From NCBI GenBank assembly GCA_031835245.2, contig JAVKOQ020000093.1:1-64000 (forward strand): 64,000 nucleotides of DNA, written 5' to 3'. Each line of letters opens with the position of its first letter. Position 1 is the first letter of the stretch. The DNA is from Balamuthia mandrillaris (lineage: Eukaryota). The notes beneath the pieces are model-generated. The model was not told the origin of the DNA and made no database searches. It saw only the letters and a list, made by a program, of their open reading frames with translations. Shown here one piece after another: positions 26,676 through 39,472 of the stretch. The position numbers and the translations under genes are program-made.

Positions 26676-29105
26676 TTATGGTGATGAGGAAGAAGAAAGA
26701 CAAAGAGGACAACAACACTCGAACCCAAAATTCTGGTACAAGATGGCACGTCGTTGCTCCACTGAGGGCAAGCGGCCCTGCTTGTAAAATCCTTTTTTTT
26801 AACAACATCACGTTACTTATTTGCATACACTTGACCAGCAGACAAGAAAAGAAAGGAGTCACAAGAACATACCAGCATAGTCGATGCATATTTCATGGCC
26901 GGGAGGAATATCTTTGCGAGCAATCACCGTTATCTAATGAATGACGAAAGATTGTAAGCGTAAGGCTGCGGAACATGTGATATGGAAATATGGAAAAAGA
27001 ACCTTGGCATCATCTTGCTGGTTGCGAATGGCAGCGTTGGCGTCACAGCTGTGGTTCATGCAGCTGTGAAGCGCGTAAAGGGCTGATCCTCCTGAACCTG
27101 TTATTGCGGTGCCAATAAGGGTGAGGAAGAGGTGAGAGGAAGACAGGAAGAGTGAGGAAGAGGTAAGGCAGAGCATTACGTGTAAGGAGATGAAAAATGG
27201 TCATTTGACGTTCCTCAGAACTAAGCTGATGACGATCGCCCAAAAACTCTGAAAGCATCAATACAGTGCTAGCTACACTCTTTGCAATGTCAGGAGGTTG
27301 TTGGGACAATGCCATTTGCAGGTTGTGAGCATACGTCTCCCAAGGTGACTTTGGCTGGGCAGATGAGCTGTGTGGAACGAAAGGTCAAATAGGAAAGAAG
27401 ATGGGGGGAGGAAAGAGGGAGGAGAAAAAGGAATTACCAGTTCATATGCACTGTGTTGTATATCCAGCTATAAAATTCATTGCTAAACAGTGCTGCAAAA
27501 GACAAACTTTTAGTGGAAAAGTGAGATAAAAGAATGGAGGAGAGTACCATCGTGAGCGGCAAAAGAAGGGGCTGTATCTTTGAATGCTTGTTGTAAAAGT
27601 TTGGCAGCTTCTCCTCCATAAATAAAAGCTTTGGCTCTCGCCAACTCTGGTTTCAACTCAAACATGGGTAACGGCTGCCAGCTGCTGCTGAACTTAGAAA
27701 TTGGGGTTTGGTTCCAGAGAGCAGATGATATAGCAGTGGAAGAGGTTTCCGAAGAAGAAGACGCAGAAAATAAAGGCAGCAGCATGCTGGCATACATGCG
27801 AGCCACTTGTATCGGAAAGCCACTATTTATTTCTCTGTAAGACGTTAAATATCGTGATTGAGATGTTAGCACATGTTCATCTTCTTGTTGTTTGAAGAAT
27901 AGGTACCGACATATGGCCTCATAACGGGCATATGGGTGAGCACCATCCACAGCAGAGCCCAGGTACTGTTGATAACGATCGTACGCCTTTGTCTGTAAAT
28001 AATACCATCAGGCATGAAGAAGTGAGCAGATTTGATGTCGGAGCATAAATGGGAGAGGAAACGTGATGCTGACCTTACAGCTCTCGCTGCAGTACATCTT
28101 TCCGTCGGCTGTCTCAACGGTTGTGCCTATTTGTGGCCATAATCTTGCCTACCTTAGTGCTCCTTCTCACCACGAAAGAGAAGAGGAGGAAGTAAAGAGA
28201 ATACACAAGTGGCGAAAGAGAGAGGGCGAGCATGGAAATGTAAAGAAATAGAGATAAAGCGAGAAAGAGAAAGAGAAACGACGAAAGAGAAAGAGAAAGA
28301 GAAAGAGAAAGAGAAAGAGAAAGAGAAAGAGAAAGAGAAAGAGAAAGAGAAAGAGAGAAAAAGAAAGAGAAAGCAAGACAGCAGGGAGGTTTAAAAAAAA
28401 AGAGAGGCACTTACTTTGAGTTGTGAATAAAGGGAAGGAGAGAGCGCTCTTCAGGGGATGTATCTTCAGGGAAGCACATGTCCGGCAGAGCTAACGAGCG
28501 CAGACAGTGGTCGCACAGGCGGTCGTGGTGCAGCGTAAGCCCATGCGCGTGCTGGTTGCCCTGTTGCTCCTTTCTCTTGTGGAAGGGCGTGCTGAAGGCT
28601 CTCGCCGTTACCACAGGCTCCTCTGTGAACACTATCTCCTGAGAAGAGGAGAGCGCATCGTCAACACCCTTTATCCATTTACAAACGAGAGAGAGAGAGA
28701 GAGCAAGAAAGAAAGAAAGAAAGAAAGGCTGCATACGCCGGCACGAAACGGTCGCGTGGCAAAGAGCGCCTTTGGGAGGAGTGGCTGAGCGGCAGGGTCC
28801 CGCGGCGTGGACTCCTCTTCCCTCGCTTCGGACTCGGCGCTCGTGCTCCCAATAACAAAGCGGGAGGGTCCAACCTCTATCCCAAAGCCTTCACACAGCG
28901 GCTCATAGTATGCCTTCCATCGATGCAACACGCTTTCTTCTTCCTGCTCCTTTGCGCTCGCTCCATCAGAAGCAGAAGAAGTGGCGTAGCGACTGTAGGC
29001 ATGCCACCGCGTTGTGCCTCTCAGAGCTGTTGTTGGACCACCGCCAGGAGAGGCACCCGCCACAAAGGATGAGAGCGCATGCGTCCTTCTCGCTCGGAGC
29101 AACAT
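26676..29105 (-). CDS. SMYD-family (SET + MYND zinc finger) lysine methyltransferase
   Basis: Split SET domain ALFATRPFRAG/EIVFTEEPVV; MYND-like CDHCLRSL...YCSESC; GSALYALHSCMNHSCDAN; EICIDY; post-SET FGFECCCPLC. Multi-exon. Confidence 0.85.
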
Positions 29106-29500
29106 GTTTTCGTTCTTCTTTTTCTTTCTTCCTTTCTCATGTCGACATTGAACAACAAGCAACATTCATTGTTGTCGACAAACCACAGATCCAGATCTAG
29201 ATCAAATGACATCACTGCTATTAAGATCATTGTAGATCGGATTTTCGATCGGACATGTGCTGATGTCAACTTGTCGACATAAATCAAGCACTTGATATTT
29301 TTACCTGAATCGAAAAAAGAAGAAAGGCCATCCACACAAAAGAAGAGAGCCAAGAAGAACAACAAACAACGAGAGAGCAACGAACTCTTTTTTTTTTTCC
29401 CTTCAACTCAACACGCTGAGGAATCAGAAGTAATATTTCTTTATTTTTTTTTATTTTGTTTTCGTATTTTTCTTCGAATTTCTTTGAATCAACAAACAAG

Positions 29501-30080
29501 ATGAGCGCTACCACTCAAAACAAAAGAGCTAACAACCACGCTGGTGCTGCCACTGCCACTTCGGCATGGGCCACCAAGCCTCCCACTCGTACCAATGGAC
29601 AACAGCAACTCCGCCAACCGCAGCAGCAGCAGAAGAAGAAGGCCACTCAGCCCAAACCCTCTGCAGGACCCTCCAGCACTGTCACTGCCACACAAAATCA
29701 TGTGGATGCCAAAAACGTAGCAGCCAACCAGCCACAACCAAAGAAAGGAGGAGCAACAGGAGGAGCTGGAGGAGCTGGAGGACGTAACAGACGTAAGAGA
29801 GGAGGAGGCGCAGGAGGTGCAGATCAGAGAGGAGGAGCTTCTTCGTCTTCCCAACCTTCTTCGGGTCGCCAAGAGACAGTGGCTTCCCAGACTTTGGAAG
29901 GGTCGGCACCGACACAGGCGAAAGCACAAGCGCAGGAGGCGGAGGCCGAGTGTTGCCTGATTTGCTGTGACCCGATCGAGGTGTACGCTGTGGGTGGCTG
30001 TGGCCACAGTCAGATCTGTTCTATTTGTTGCTTGAGGCGGCGTGAACTCTATCAAACCAACGAGTGTTGCATTTGCAAGG

Positions 30081-30124
<44 letters not shown>

Positions 30125-32747
30125 TACTCTCGTCTTCTGTGATGAGATTGGAACCGCTGATTCATCAAGTGATGATATCAACAAACAACCGCTGTCTGAA
30201 ACCCACTTTGTTTCTCTTTTCTTTCCTTCCTCTTTCTTAGATAATCTTCCTTGTATCAATGACCACTCTTATTTGCCATCTTTGACAAACAGGCACAGCA
30301 AGACAAAGTAGTGTTCACGAAGACACCAACAAATGACATCAGTACTCTGCCATTGCAAGATATGAAAGTGGACACGAAGCGTGGCATCTACTTTGCAGAC
30401 GAGAGTTATTATGAGCAAATCATGAAAATTTGGGAGTTCTCCTGCCCTTTATGCAAAGATTTACCACCATTTGCTAACCTGCCGGCCCTCAAGGCCCATC
30501 TTCGACAAAAGCACTCTCGTCATTATTGGTGAGTGTTTCTTTGTTGTTTGTTGTTTGTTGTTTGTCTTGTTTCTGAAATTGGGTCTGTGTAGTGTATATA
30601 TTTTGATCATGAACTAACGAGACCGTACTTAACAGTGAAATATGCCTTAGCACTCGGAAGATATTTTTGAGGGAACAAAAACTATACACTCCCTCCGAGT
30701 TGGATCGACACAAGCAAGGCGTAGGTGAACCAGAAATGGAGCGTCATCAGCTCTGCGAGTTTTGCAATCAACTTTACTTTGACAAGGATGATCTCTACAA
30801 CCATTTAACCAAACAACATGAGACATGTCACATCTGTGAGAGAGATGGCATTCGTTACCAATACTTCAAGAACTACAAGGCTTTGGTACCTTTCTTCCTC
30901 CTCTGCCTTCTTTCAAATCTCTCGTTTGAACAAGACTGATTTAGAAAAAAAAAAAAAAGGAACGACACTTTAGGCGGGCTCATTATTTATGTGAAGATCG
31001 TGACTGCTTGGAACAAAAGTTCATTGTGTTCCGCACCGCTTTGGACCTTAAAGCTCATGAGGTTTGTCATCTGCAAGTTCATCTTTTTTTTTGTATATAT
31101 TCTCATGTTCTCTCTCTCTCTCTCTCAGTTGGCTATTCACATGTCCGCACAGAAGTTATCCAAAGCACAACAGCGAGAAGCCCGTCGGGTGGACGCCAAC
31201 CTTTTGTTCTCCGAGTCTCGGGTATGTCTTTGCCTTTCGTTCTTTTTTTGTTGTTTTACGTCTTGTAGTTTCATTCTTTCCTATCTTGTCGTTTATTTGT
31301 TTGTTCATTCTTTGCACCGAACTCACTCGTCATGTTTATGTATATAGCAACCAGAACAAAGAGCGAATGATCGACGAGGCGGACGACGAATAGGAAGAGA
31401 CGATGTCTTAGTCTTCTCTCCTGGACCAGAGACGATGGGAAACCGGGAACGAGACAACCGATTAGTAGCGCAAACGCCCGCCACTCAAACCATCTCCTCC
31501 CAACATCAATTCAGCAGCAGCATTCCGATGTCTCCCCTTGAAAGAGAAGAGCTCGAACGTGCGATGATGATTCAGCAACAAGAAGAAGAAAAAGCTAAAG
31601 AGGAGAAAGAAAGCATAGCCGAGAAGGAAGAGGTAAAAGAAAGTGGAGGTAAACAAGATAAAGGAAAACAAAAGCAAAAGCAAAAACAAAAAAAGAAGAG
31701 CACAGAAGAATCCACATCTTCTCCCACAACAACTGGTGGCTATCTCTCTCAGGCAGACATACAACGACTCGTCAGAGAGCAGAAGATGATTTCGGAGGAA
31801 GAGAGGGTGGAGCGCAACCGCGCCCTCATCGCCAAGATCAAGTCCTTGTTGGGGGACAACACCAAAGAGTTTGCCGAGTTTAAGCAACAGAGTGTGGACC
31901 TACGGACGGGCGCTATAACGCCCGCGCAGTACTACAGCAAGTTTTTGGGGACATTTGGTTGGCGGGCCGGTGGGGAAGTCTTTCCGGAGTTGGTAGCGCT
32001 GCTGCCTGACCCTATCCTCCGCTCTGCGCTGTTAACGCTGCAAGAGAACAAACGGATTGAGGTACCTTTTCTTTTTTTAACTTTTTAACCATCTCTTCCT
32101 CTTTACTCACGTTTCTCTCTCCTTCCCAAACAGGTGGAACAAGCACCAGAAACCGCAGAAAAAGGTATTCTAGACCGAATCAACCGAACACCACACAATC
32201 AAACGCAACAACCTCCACAACAGCAACAACAACAACGAGGTCGACACCGGCCACCCACAGAAAGAGACAAGGACTTTCCACCTCCTTCCTCGTCTTCAAC
32301 AACATCAACAACAGCATCAGCATCACTTTCAGGAGCGTGGGGTCCTCGCCAGCAGGTTTCATTGAACTCGGCTGACTTTCCATCCTTAAACCAAAGAAAA
32401 GCTTCTCCTTCTCCTCCTCCAACGGCTTCTTCGACTTCATCTTCTTTGATGGATGATTATCCTTTTAGTGAACAATACTACGAGGAGGAGTACCACGGAA
32501 GCGGAGGAGATGATTATCTTGGCTACCAGGATGATTATGGATACTATCCACAACAGGGCTCCAATGGATCTGCTCCTTCTTGGTTCGTTTTCTTCTAAAA
32601 GCGTTTTTCCTCTTTTGAAAATCTTTTTTTATGTTTCATGTTTGTTTTGGTTTTTATTTAACTCCTCTTCTTTTTAAACTTATGAATAGGGCACCGAGTG
32701 GAAAGAAAGGAAAGAAAGGAAAACAAGTTTTGTTGAGGTTCGGTTGA
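29501..32747 (+). CDS. ZNF598: RING/C2H2 E3 ubiquitin ligase ZNF598/Hel2 (collided-ribosome sensor)
   Basis: RING CLICC...CGHSQICSICCLRRRELYQTNECCICK; C2H2 fingers (CEFCNQLYFDKDDLYNHL...HETCHIC); ERNRAL...FPELVALLPD domain; C-terminal KKGKKGKQVLLRFG. Confidence 0.9.
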
Positions 32748-33248
32748 ACTAAAACTTTTTTTGTTTTTTTTTTTGTTTCCCATTTTTTTTTTCTGGACAC
32801 AAGAGTCAGATGACGTCCAGCGCACCACCAACTCATCTTTTAGAAACAACCGAATGCACCGGAGCAACGGCCGTGGAATGGTTTGCACGCAGCTTGATGC
32901 ATCATCGTCCAGATGCCGCCACCCAAACAGTTGCCCGCTTGCCGCTTGGAGTTTTTCCGACCTACCGTATTTCGTGACGACACGGATATATTCATGTCGT
33001 CACGATAAACTTTCGTGTCGTCACGAATGTAACGCTTTGATTTTTGTGTGGCCAGGTTGCGAGGAAAGCAGCGTGCCATTTCCTCGTTTTGTAGTTTTCC
33101 GATTTTCTCTTTATAAAGCACTATAATAATTATAATATAATAAAGCACTATAATAATTATAGTATAACCCCAACAAAGAAAAGGGAAAAGTCTGAAAAAG
33201 TGGGAAACAAATTTGTTCTCGCAGCAAATACCAGTGCTAACACACACC

Positions 33249-33684
33249 ATGGGAATACGCACGCAGCTGGAGGCGGTGCGGCGGAGGGAACAGCAGCTGC
33301 AACAGGACCGACAAGCCTTGTTGCACCAAGACGACAAACAAGCCGGGTCGGGAGTGCCGAGGATGGCTTTTGATTTGGTGGGCGTGACTGTGGTGGACCG
33401 GGACGCTGCGCTCGCACAAGGAGCTAAACGGCCTTTTGCTGTAGGCTTGCTTTTTTTTTTCCTTTTTGTGTCCCCTTTCGGCTTTGTTTACTGACTGAGC
33501 GGTAAAAAAGATATACAAGATGCAAGTCACTATCACGATCAATGGCACCGGATGCACCGGCGTTTTTGGGGACCGTTACAGCAACCTTCTTAACGCCCAC
33601 CATCAAGTACCTCATTCCTCTTCTTCTTCGTTTCGCTTTCTCTCTCTCTCTCTCTCTCTCCTGCACTTCTCTCTATCCTGCACT

Positions 33685-33725
<41 letters not shown>

Positions 33726-34209
33726 GCACTTCTCTCTATCCTGTTCATTCTTCTTTTCCTTAACGCACCGTTTAACAAAAAAGCTACAAACCCGGCTAAG
33801 AGGGGTCGCACTACCAAGTTTTCCATCAAAGCATTGGCCGAATAACATGACTCTCCCTCACAACACAAAGCTTCGCTCCAAGGAACTCCTCGCCTACTAC
33901 TCTACCCTCTTTCAAATCGTTGCCGTCTTGCAGAGCTCCTCTTTTCTCCTCAAGACTTTAGAGCTTCCCGAAGAAGTGGCTGAAGCTGCCGCAGCGGTGG
34001 CAACGTTCATAAAGGAGAAGAAAATGAGGAAGCAACGTTTGGCAGCGATGGATGCTAAACTGAAAGAACTGAAGCAGGAGAGGGCTCATCTGGAAGAACT
34101 TTATCTCTCGCAGACGTTTCATCACGCCGGTGGCAAATTGTTGAGGTACGCTTATCACACAGAGTTCAGCATGTCCGAAAACTTGTGGGACTTTGGTATG
34201 TATTACTCA

Positions 34210-34243
<34 letters not shown>

Positions 34244-34968
34244 GTATTTGCTTCGGACCGTCATTCTTTTCCACATCCACGTGCGTTGTTGCAGTTAACA
34301 CTTGTTGAATAAATAGGAAGTGGAGTGATAACAGGAAGAGGAGACAATGTGTGGTTCAAGATGGATCGCCTCAATCCCTCTCTCTTCAACATCTTTGGCG
34401 ACCGCCAGTTTGCCATCGTGAACCGCCAGGACGAGCCTCTGGTCCTTGTCAACGAGGACTCTGGTTTTTTAGAGAAGAGGTTCATCATCGAGCGGGTGCT
34501 ATACAACCAGGATGACGCCAAAGGAAAGAAGCAGAAGACTATGAAGAAAGTGCCAATATGTACCATCTCGAGATCTGCGGTTCTTTGGACTCAATATCTT
34601 GTTGAGTACTACGGTGCTGGCGGTAAAATCAACGAGAGAGGTTTGTTCTTGTTTTATCTTTCCTTTTATTTATGTTTTTGTCGTTCTTTGGTGAGCGTTG
34701 TTTCTTTCGTTTCGTGCTCTAGTTGTGTTCTTCTGTAGGAGAAGCCTAACCGCAGTAACTAGCAATCATCATCCGCCCAGGCTACCATGAAAAAGGCTTC
34801 GAAATGGTGCAGCAGGACAAACTGGCCTGCCAAATGGAGAAGCAATGGCTTGGCAGGGGATGGGACATACACATGCATGCCGGTGCAGATGTGCTGCTTT
34901 ATCTGGCCCTCTGCATTTGTGTGGACAAGATGCGACGGCGTCATCACGGTCACCCACATCACAGCTAA
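33249..34968 (+). CDS. PX-domain protein with a C-terminal LURP1/Tubby-C/scramblase-like domain
   Basis: PX-like RYSNLLNAH...LPSFPSKHW...RSKELLAYY. C-terminal beta-rich region ending HAGADVLLYLALCICVD, resembling the LURP-one terminal helix. Five exons. Confidence 0.6.
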
Positions 34969-35710
34969 TGGAGGTAATGGCTTGCGTGTGTTCCAGCTAT
35001 TCTTAACACAGATACGAACGAACTCCTATGATGATTGTGAGTTTCAGGAGATCTTAGGAAGAAAACAAGTAGCGAAAGTGACAGATAAGATAGGCCTCAC
35101 GATGGCCTTTTCTTTGTAGCCTGTTACATATCGTTTTAACATCTGCATAACTACTGTAAACGAACATTATTTGGTGCTCTTTGTTCTTGTTGTTGCGAAG
35201 AAGAGGAAAACGGAAACACAAAGGAACAAGAGAAAGCGTTTCACGGCTGGTTCAAGGTAACCGGAAAGAATAACAAGTCTTCTCAATCATCCTCCCAGGA
35301 TACTAGGGCTAGGCAAGAGAGTGCAGCAACATTCTTATCATTCCAAACATTCACTAACTGGATTGCTTACGTCAGTAAATCTTCAAAAATGGATTCATTA
35401 CGTCATTTCCTGGAGGAACCATTCTGAGAAATTTCTTGAACAATATTTCGAACTTTTTTTCTTAAAAAAAAAAGAAGTGAAACTCTTCTCTTCTTTCGTT
35501 CGGCCGAGCTGCATCAACGAACAAGCAAACAGTTTGTCACATCTTTCCAACAACAACAACCACAACATCACGAACTCGACTCAACATTCAAAGGCTGGCA
35601 GCCTTGTTTGATACCCGAATAGCTTGTATATTATAATACCGACTGACTTTGAAGCCGTCAAACTTTTTTGGTGCGCAATAATCACCGGAAGTATTCAAAC
35701 GCCGATAACG

Positions 35711-36375
35711 ATGGAAGCAACTTCCGACAGTGTAAAAGAAGCAGAGGAACAGCCAGTGGAGAATGAGAAGGACGCCGTGGGCCAAATGCTCGCTGAAACG
35801 ATGGAGGAGGGCGTGGATGAAGCCGAAGCAGGAGAACAAGCAACGCATGAGAGCAGGGACGAAATAAAGAACAAGTATTCGAAGGAGGTGCGGCATCACA
35901 AGTACCCCTCTATAGAACATCCCAACAGGCCGCTCGTCATGGAGCAGATCATCCACAGCGAGCTCCTGATGTCCAGAACTTGGGTCATTACTGAAAAGGG
36001 TACACTTTTCTTTTGTCGTTTTCAAATGTCCTTTTTGTTTATTGTTGTCACAACATTACAGTGCATGGAGCCAACTTTGCGTTCATAACGGATGGAGCGG
36101 ACATCAAGTGCGCCAAACGTTCCGGCCTTCTGAAGGAAGAGGAAGACTTTTACTGCTGGCCGCAGGTCTTGCAGAAACATGAGCCTTTCATCAGGTCCGC
36201 TTTCGCTTTCCTGAAGGAACGAATCCAGTTCGATGTGCTTACTATTTATGGCGAACTCTTTGGCGGTACGTTCTCCTCTTTTCTTCCATTTCGTTCTCTG
36301 CTAATCCACTCTCACTTCTATGCTTCACTCATTCCCTCCTCTCACATCGCACGTCTCTCTTCTGCTTAACTTTTG

Positions 36376-36413
<38 letters not shown>

Positions 36414-37446
36414 CCTCCCTCCCCTCAATGTTTCTCGTTTTCCTATTCTTATCCATTTGCTAATAATAACACATAATAAAGGAATGTATCCACATGAGGA
36501 CGTACCAAAAGTGGAAGGCGTAAAGCACGTGCAAAAGGGTGTATACTACTGCCCAACAGTGGAATTCTACGCATTCGACGTGCACGTTACCAACCCAGAT
36601 GGCAACAGATACTTGTCCGTTGACTTTGCTCTGGAGGTTTTCCAGACCGCACAGTTCCCTTTTTATGCCGAGCCGCTTGCAAGAGGTAACCAATCTCCTT
36701 CCTGCAGAGCTTCTCTTCTTCTCTTCTACTTTCTTTTCAAGTTGATGTTTGCTTATTTTAAACCATAAAGGCACATTCCACGAGTTGCTTAAGTTTGATG
36801 TGGAGCAGTTCCATTCGACCATTCCAGCCAAGTTGGGTCTGCCTTTGCTCCCTGAAAACATTGCAGAGGGGGTGGTGCTCCGGCCTGCCCTCTCTGAACA
36901 GTTTGGCTGCTGGCCTTGCCTCAAGTTGAAATCCGGTATGTTTTTCTTTGTTTTCCGTGTTCTCATCTATTTTACTTCATGTTGGTCTTTGTTGCTCACA
37001 ACAAACAAACAAACCAATCCAAAACAGAACGCTTCCACGAAGTGACAACTGGAAAGAATGCCGGCAAGAGAATCCCTAAACCTCCAAAACCAGGCACACC
37101 TGCCCGCAAGCAAACCAGCGAGGAGCAGCTCCACACTCTCAACGACGACCAAGAGCTGGGTCCCCTGGCCAACAAGCTGATAGCCTACATCAACGAGAAC
37201 CGGTTGAGAAGCGTTCTCTCCAAGATGGGAAGAGCCAAAGAGCAGCACTTCAGGAAAGTCAGTGGCTTGTTGGTGCAGGATGCCCTCATCGACTTCAAGA
37301 AAGACGAGGACGAGTTTGATAAGCTGTTGAGCGGTGGAGCGGAGGAACGAAAGGAGAAGAAGGGAAGGCTGGTGCAGATGGTCTCCACTGCTGCAGCAGA
37401 GGTCGTCGTTGCCCACTGGGATGATATCATCAAAGGAGAATTTTAG
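35711..37446 (+). CDS. ATP-dependent RNA ligase, T4 Rnl2/REL family
   Basis: Motif I TEK|VHGANF (intron 36000-36061), Ia AKR, III YGELFGG, IIIa FYAFDV, IV EGVVLR, V KLK. Rnl2-type C-terminal domain YINENRLRSVLSKMG...LLVQDAL. Acidic N-terminal extension. Confidence 0.9.
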
Positions 37447-37674
37447 ATAAAAAATAATACATAAAACCAATTGGTGTCTCTTCGTACTTCTTCTTTCCTG
37501 AAAGTCAGCGTTACACCCTGTGCTTCACCAAATAGATCCTTCTGGGAACTGTTTAAAAAAAAGCTGAAAAGCAAAGCAACCAACAACACCGACATATAGC
37601 AAAAGGCAAAACGACTTCGGCGTCGTCATAGGTCCAATATATAACCAACAATAAAGGAAAGAGAGGAAAAAACA

Positions 37675-39322
37675 ATGGAAGAACAAGAAGAACGAGCGGA
37701 GAAGCACAAAGACAGCGTTGAACCTGTTTCGTCCGTGGAAGAGATTGAAGAGGGAGGAACAAACGGTGAGCACCGATAAAAGAACGAGTGCTCAACGGAG
37801 CTCCGGCATTTTAAGTATCCTTCCATAGAACCTCCCAACAGGCAGGTGGTGATGGAGCAGATCACCCAGAGCGAACGTCTTATGTCCAGCACTTGGGTAA
37901 TCACCGAGAAGGGTAACAACACTTCGTATCTTTTGTTTTCTATGTTTGTGTAGTTCGTTTAGTTGTGTTTTCTGGTTTGTCTTGCTTCGTTGACTCTGAG
38001 CGTTCACCCAATAAAGTGCATGGGGCCAACTTTGCTTTTGTAACGGACGGAGCGGACATCAAGTGTGCCAAACGTGCCAAGCTCTTAAAAGAACAGGAAG
38101 AGTTTTATGGCTGGCCACAGGTGTTGCAGAAATACGGGCCGTTCATCCGCTCCGCCTTTGCCTTTCTGAAGGAGCGAATCATGACTCTTGAGGCAATGAC
38201 TGTATACGGCGAACTGTTTGGAGGTTTGTCCTGCGCTCTCTTCCTCTCCTCTCTTCTATCTTCCCAGCGAGTTCCAACTTTCTCCACTCGTTCTCGTTCT
38301 CGTTCTCTATTTCTCTCTTTCTCTCTCTCGCTCTCTCTTTTGCCTTTGAGGCGTCTTTTGTATCTAACAGTGCTGTTATAAAGGAATGTATCCGCATAAG
38401 GACGTACCAAAAGTGGAAGGCGTGAAGCACGTGCAAAGAGGAATTATTATTCTCCAACGGTGGAATTCTTTGCATTTGATGTGTATATGTCATCAGCCCT
38501 GAGAGTAAAGGATACTTGTCTGTTGACTTTGCTCTGGAGGTCTTTCGGGCTGCTCAGTTTCCTTTTTATGCTGAACCACTTGCCAGAGGTAGTCTTGCAG
38601 CTTTCGTTGATCAGTCTCTCTTCCATTTGCTTTCTTTATTCTTATCTCCCCATCTTTTCTTGCATTCGATTAACAGGGACATTTACTGAGCTGTTAACGT
38701 TTGATGTAAATCAGTTTCACTCTACCATTCCAGCCAAGCTTGGTCTTCCTTTGCTCCCTGATAACATTGCAGAGGGGGTGGTGCTCCGGCCTGCTTTCTC
38801 TGAACAGTTTGGTAGTTGGCCCTGCGTAAAGTTGAAGTCTGGTACACGTTTCTCTTTTCTTCCTTCTCAGTTTGTACTGTTTGCTCAAACCAGCACAAAA
38901 CAGAACGGTTCATGGAAATAACAACGGGAAAGAATGCGGGCAAGCCAAGAGTTCTCAAACCCAAAACAAACATCCCCAAACAAAAGAATTCCAGCGAGGA
39001 GCTGCTCCGCTCTCTCAACGAAGACCAAGAGTTGAGCCTCCTCGCCAACAAGCTGATAGCTTACATCAATGAGAACCGGTTGAGAAGCGTTCTCTCCAAG
39101 ATGGGAAAAGCCAAAGAGCAGCACTTCCGAAAGGTGACAGGATTGTTGGTGCAGGACGCCCTTGCCGACTTCAAGAAGGATGAGGACGACTTGGACAAGC
39201 TGTTGAGCGGCGGAGTGGAGGAAAAGAAAGAGAAGCGAGCTAAGTTGGCGGAGGTGTTGTCCACTGTGGCTGCAGAGGTTGTTATCCCGCATTGGGACGA
39301 TATTGTAAAGGGTGATTTTTAG
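37675..39322 (+). pseudogene. Tandem duplicate of the Rnl2-family RNA ligase, disrupted
   Basis: Same motifs and intron positions as copy 1, but with an in-frame TAA at 37777-37779, a 1-nt deletion near 38443 and a 2-nt insertion near 38487. Confidence 0.8.
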
Positions 39323-39472
39323 AAAGAATATGATGGTGTAATACGAGCAAGCGAGAGAGTGAGAGCGGGATGAGAGGGAGAGAGAGGAAGAGGGGGTAAA
39401 TGAGAGAGAGAGAAAGAGTAGAGAGTATTTTTTGTTCTTTTCCACATTCACATCTCATGTTCGCAAAGCGCG

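Noticed and set aside
33110..33165. Tandem ~25-bp AT-rich duplication (ATAAAGCACTATAATAATTATA x2)
   Set aside because: Only two copies; most simply a local slippage duplication.
37777..37779. In-frame stop in Rnl2 copy 2 as selenocysteine or a tiny intron
   Set aside because: The codon is TAA, not TGA; the nearby GTGAG donor has no phase-compatible acceptor; downstream frameshifts indicate decay.
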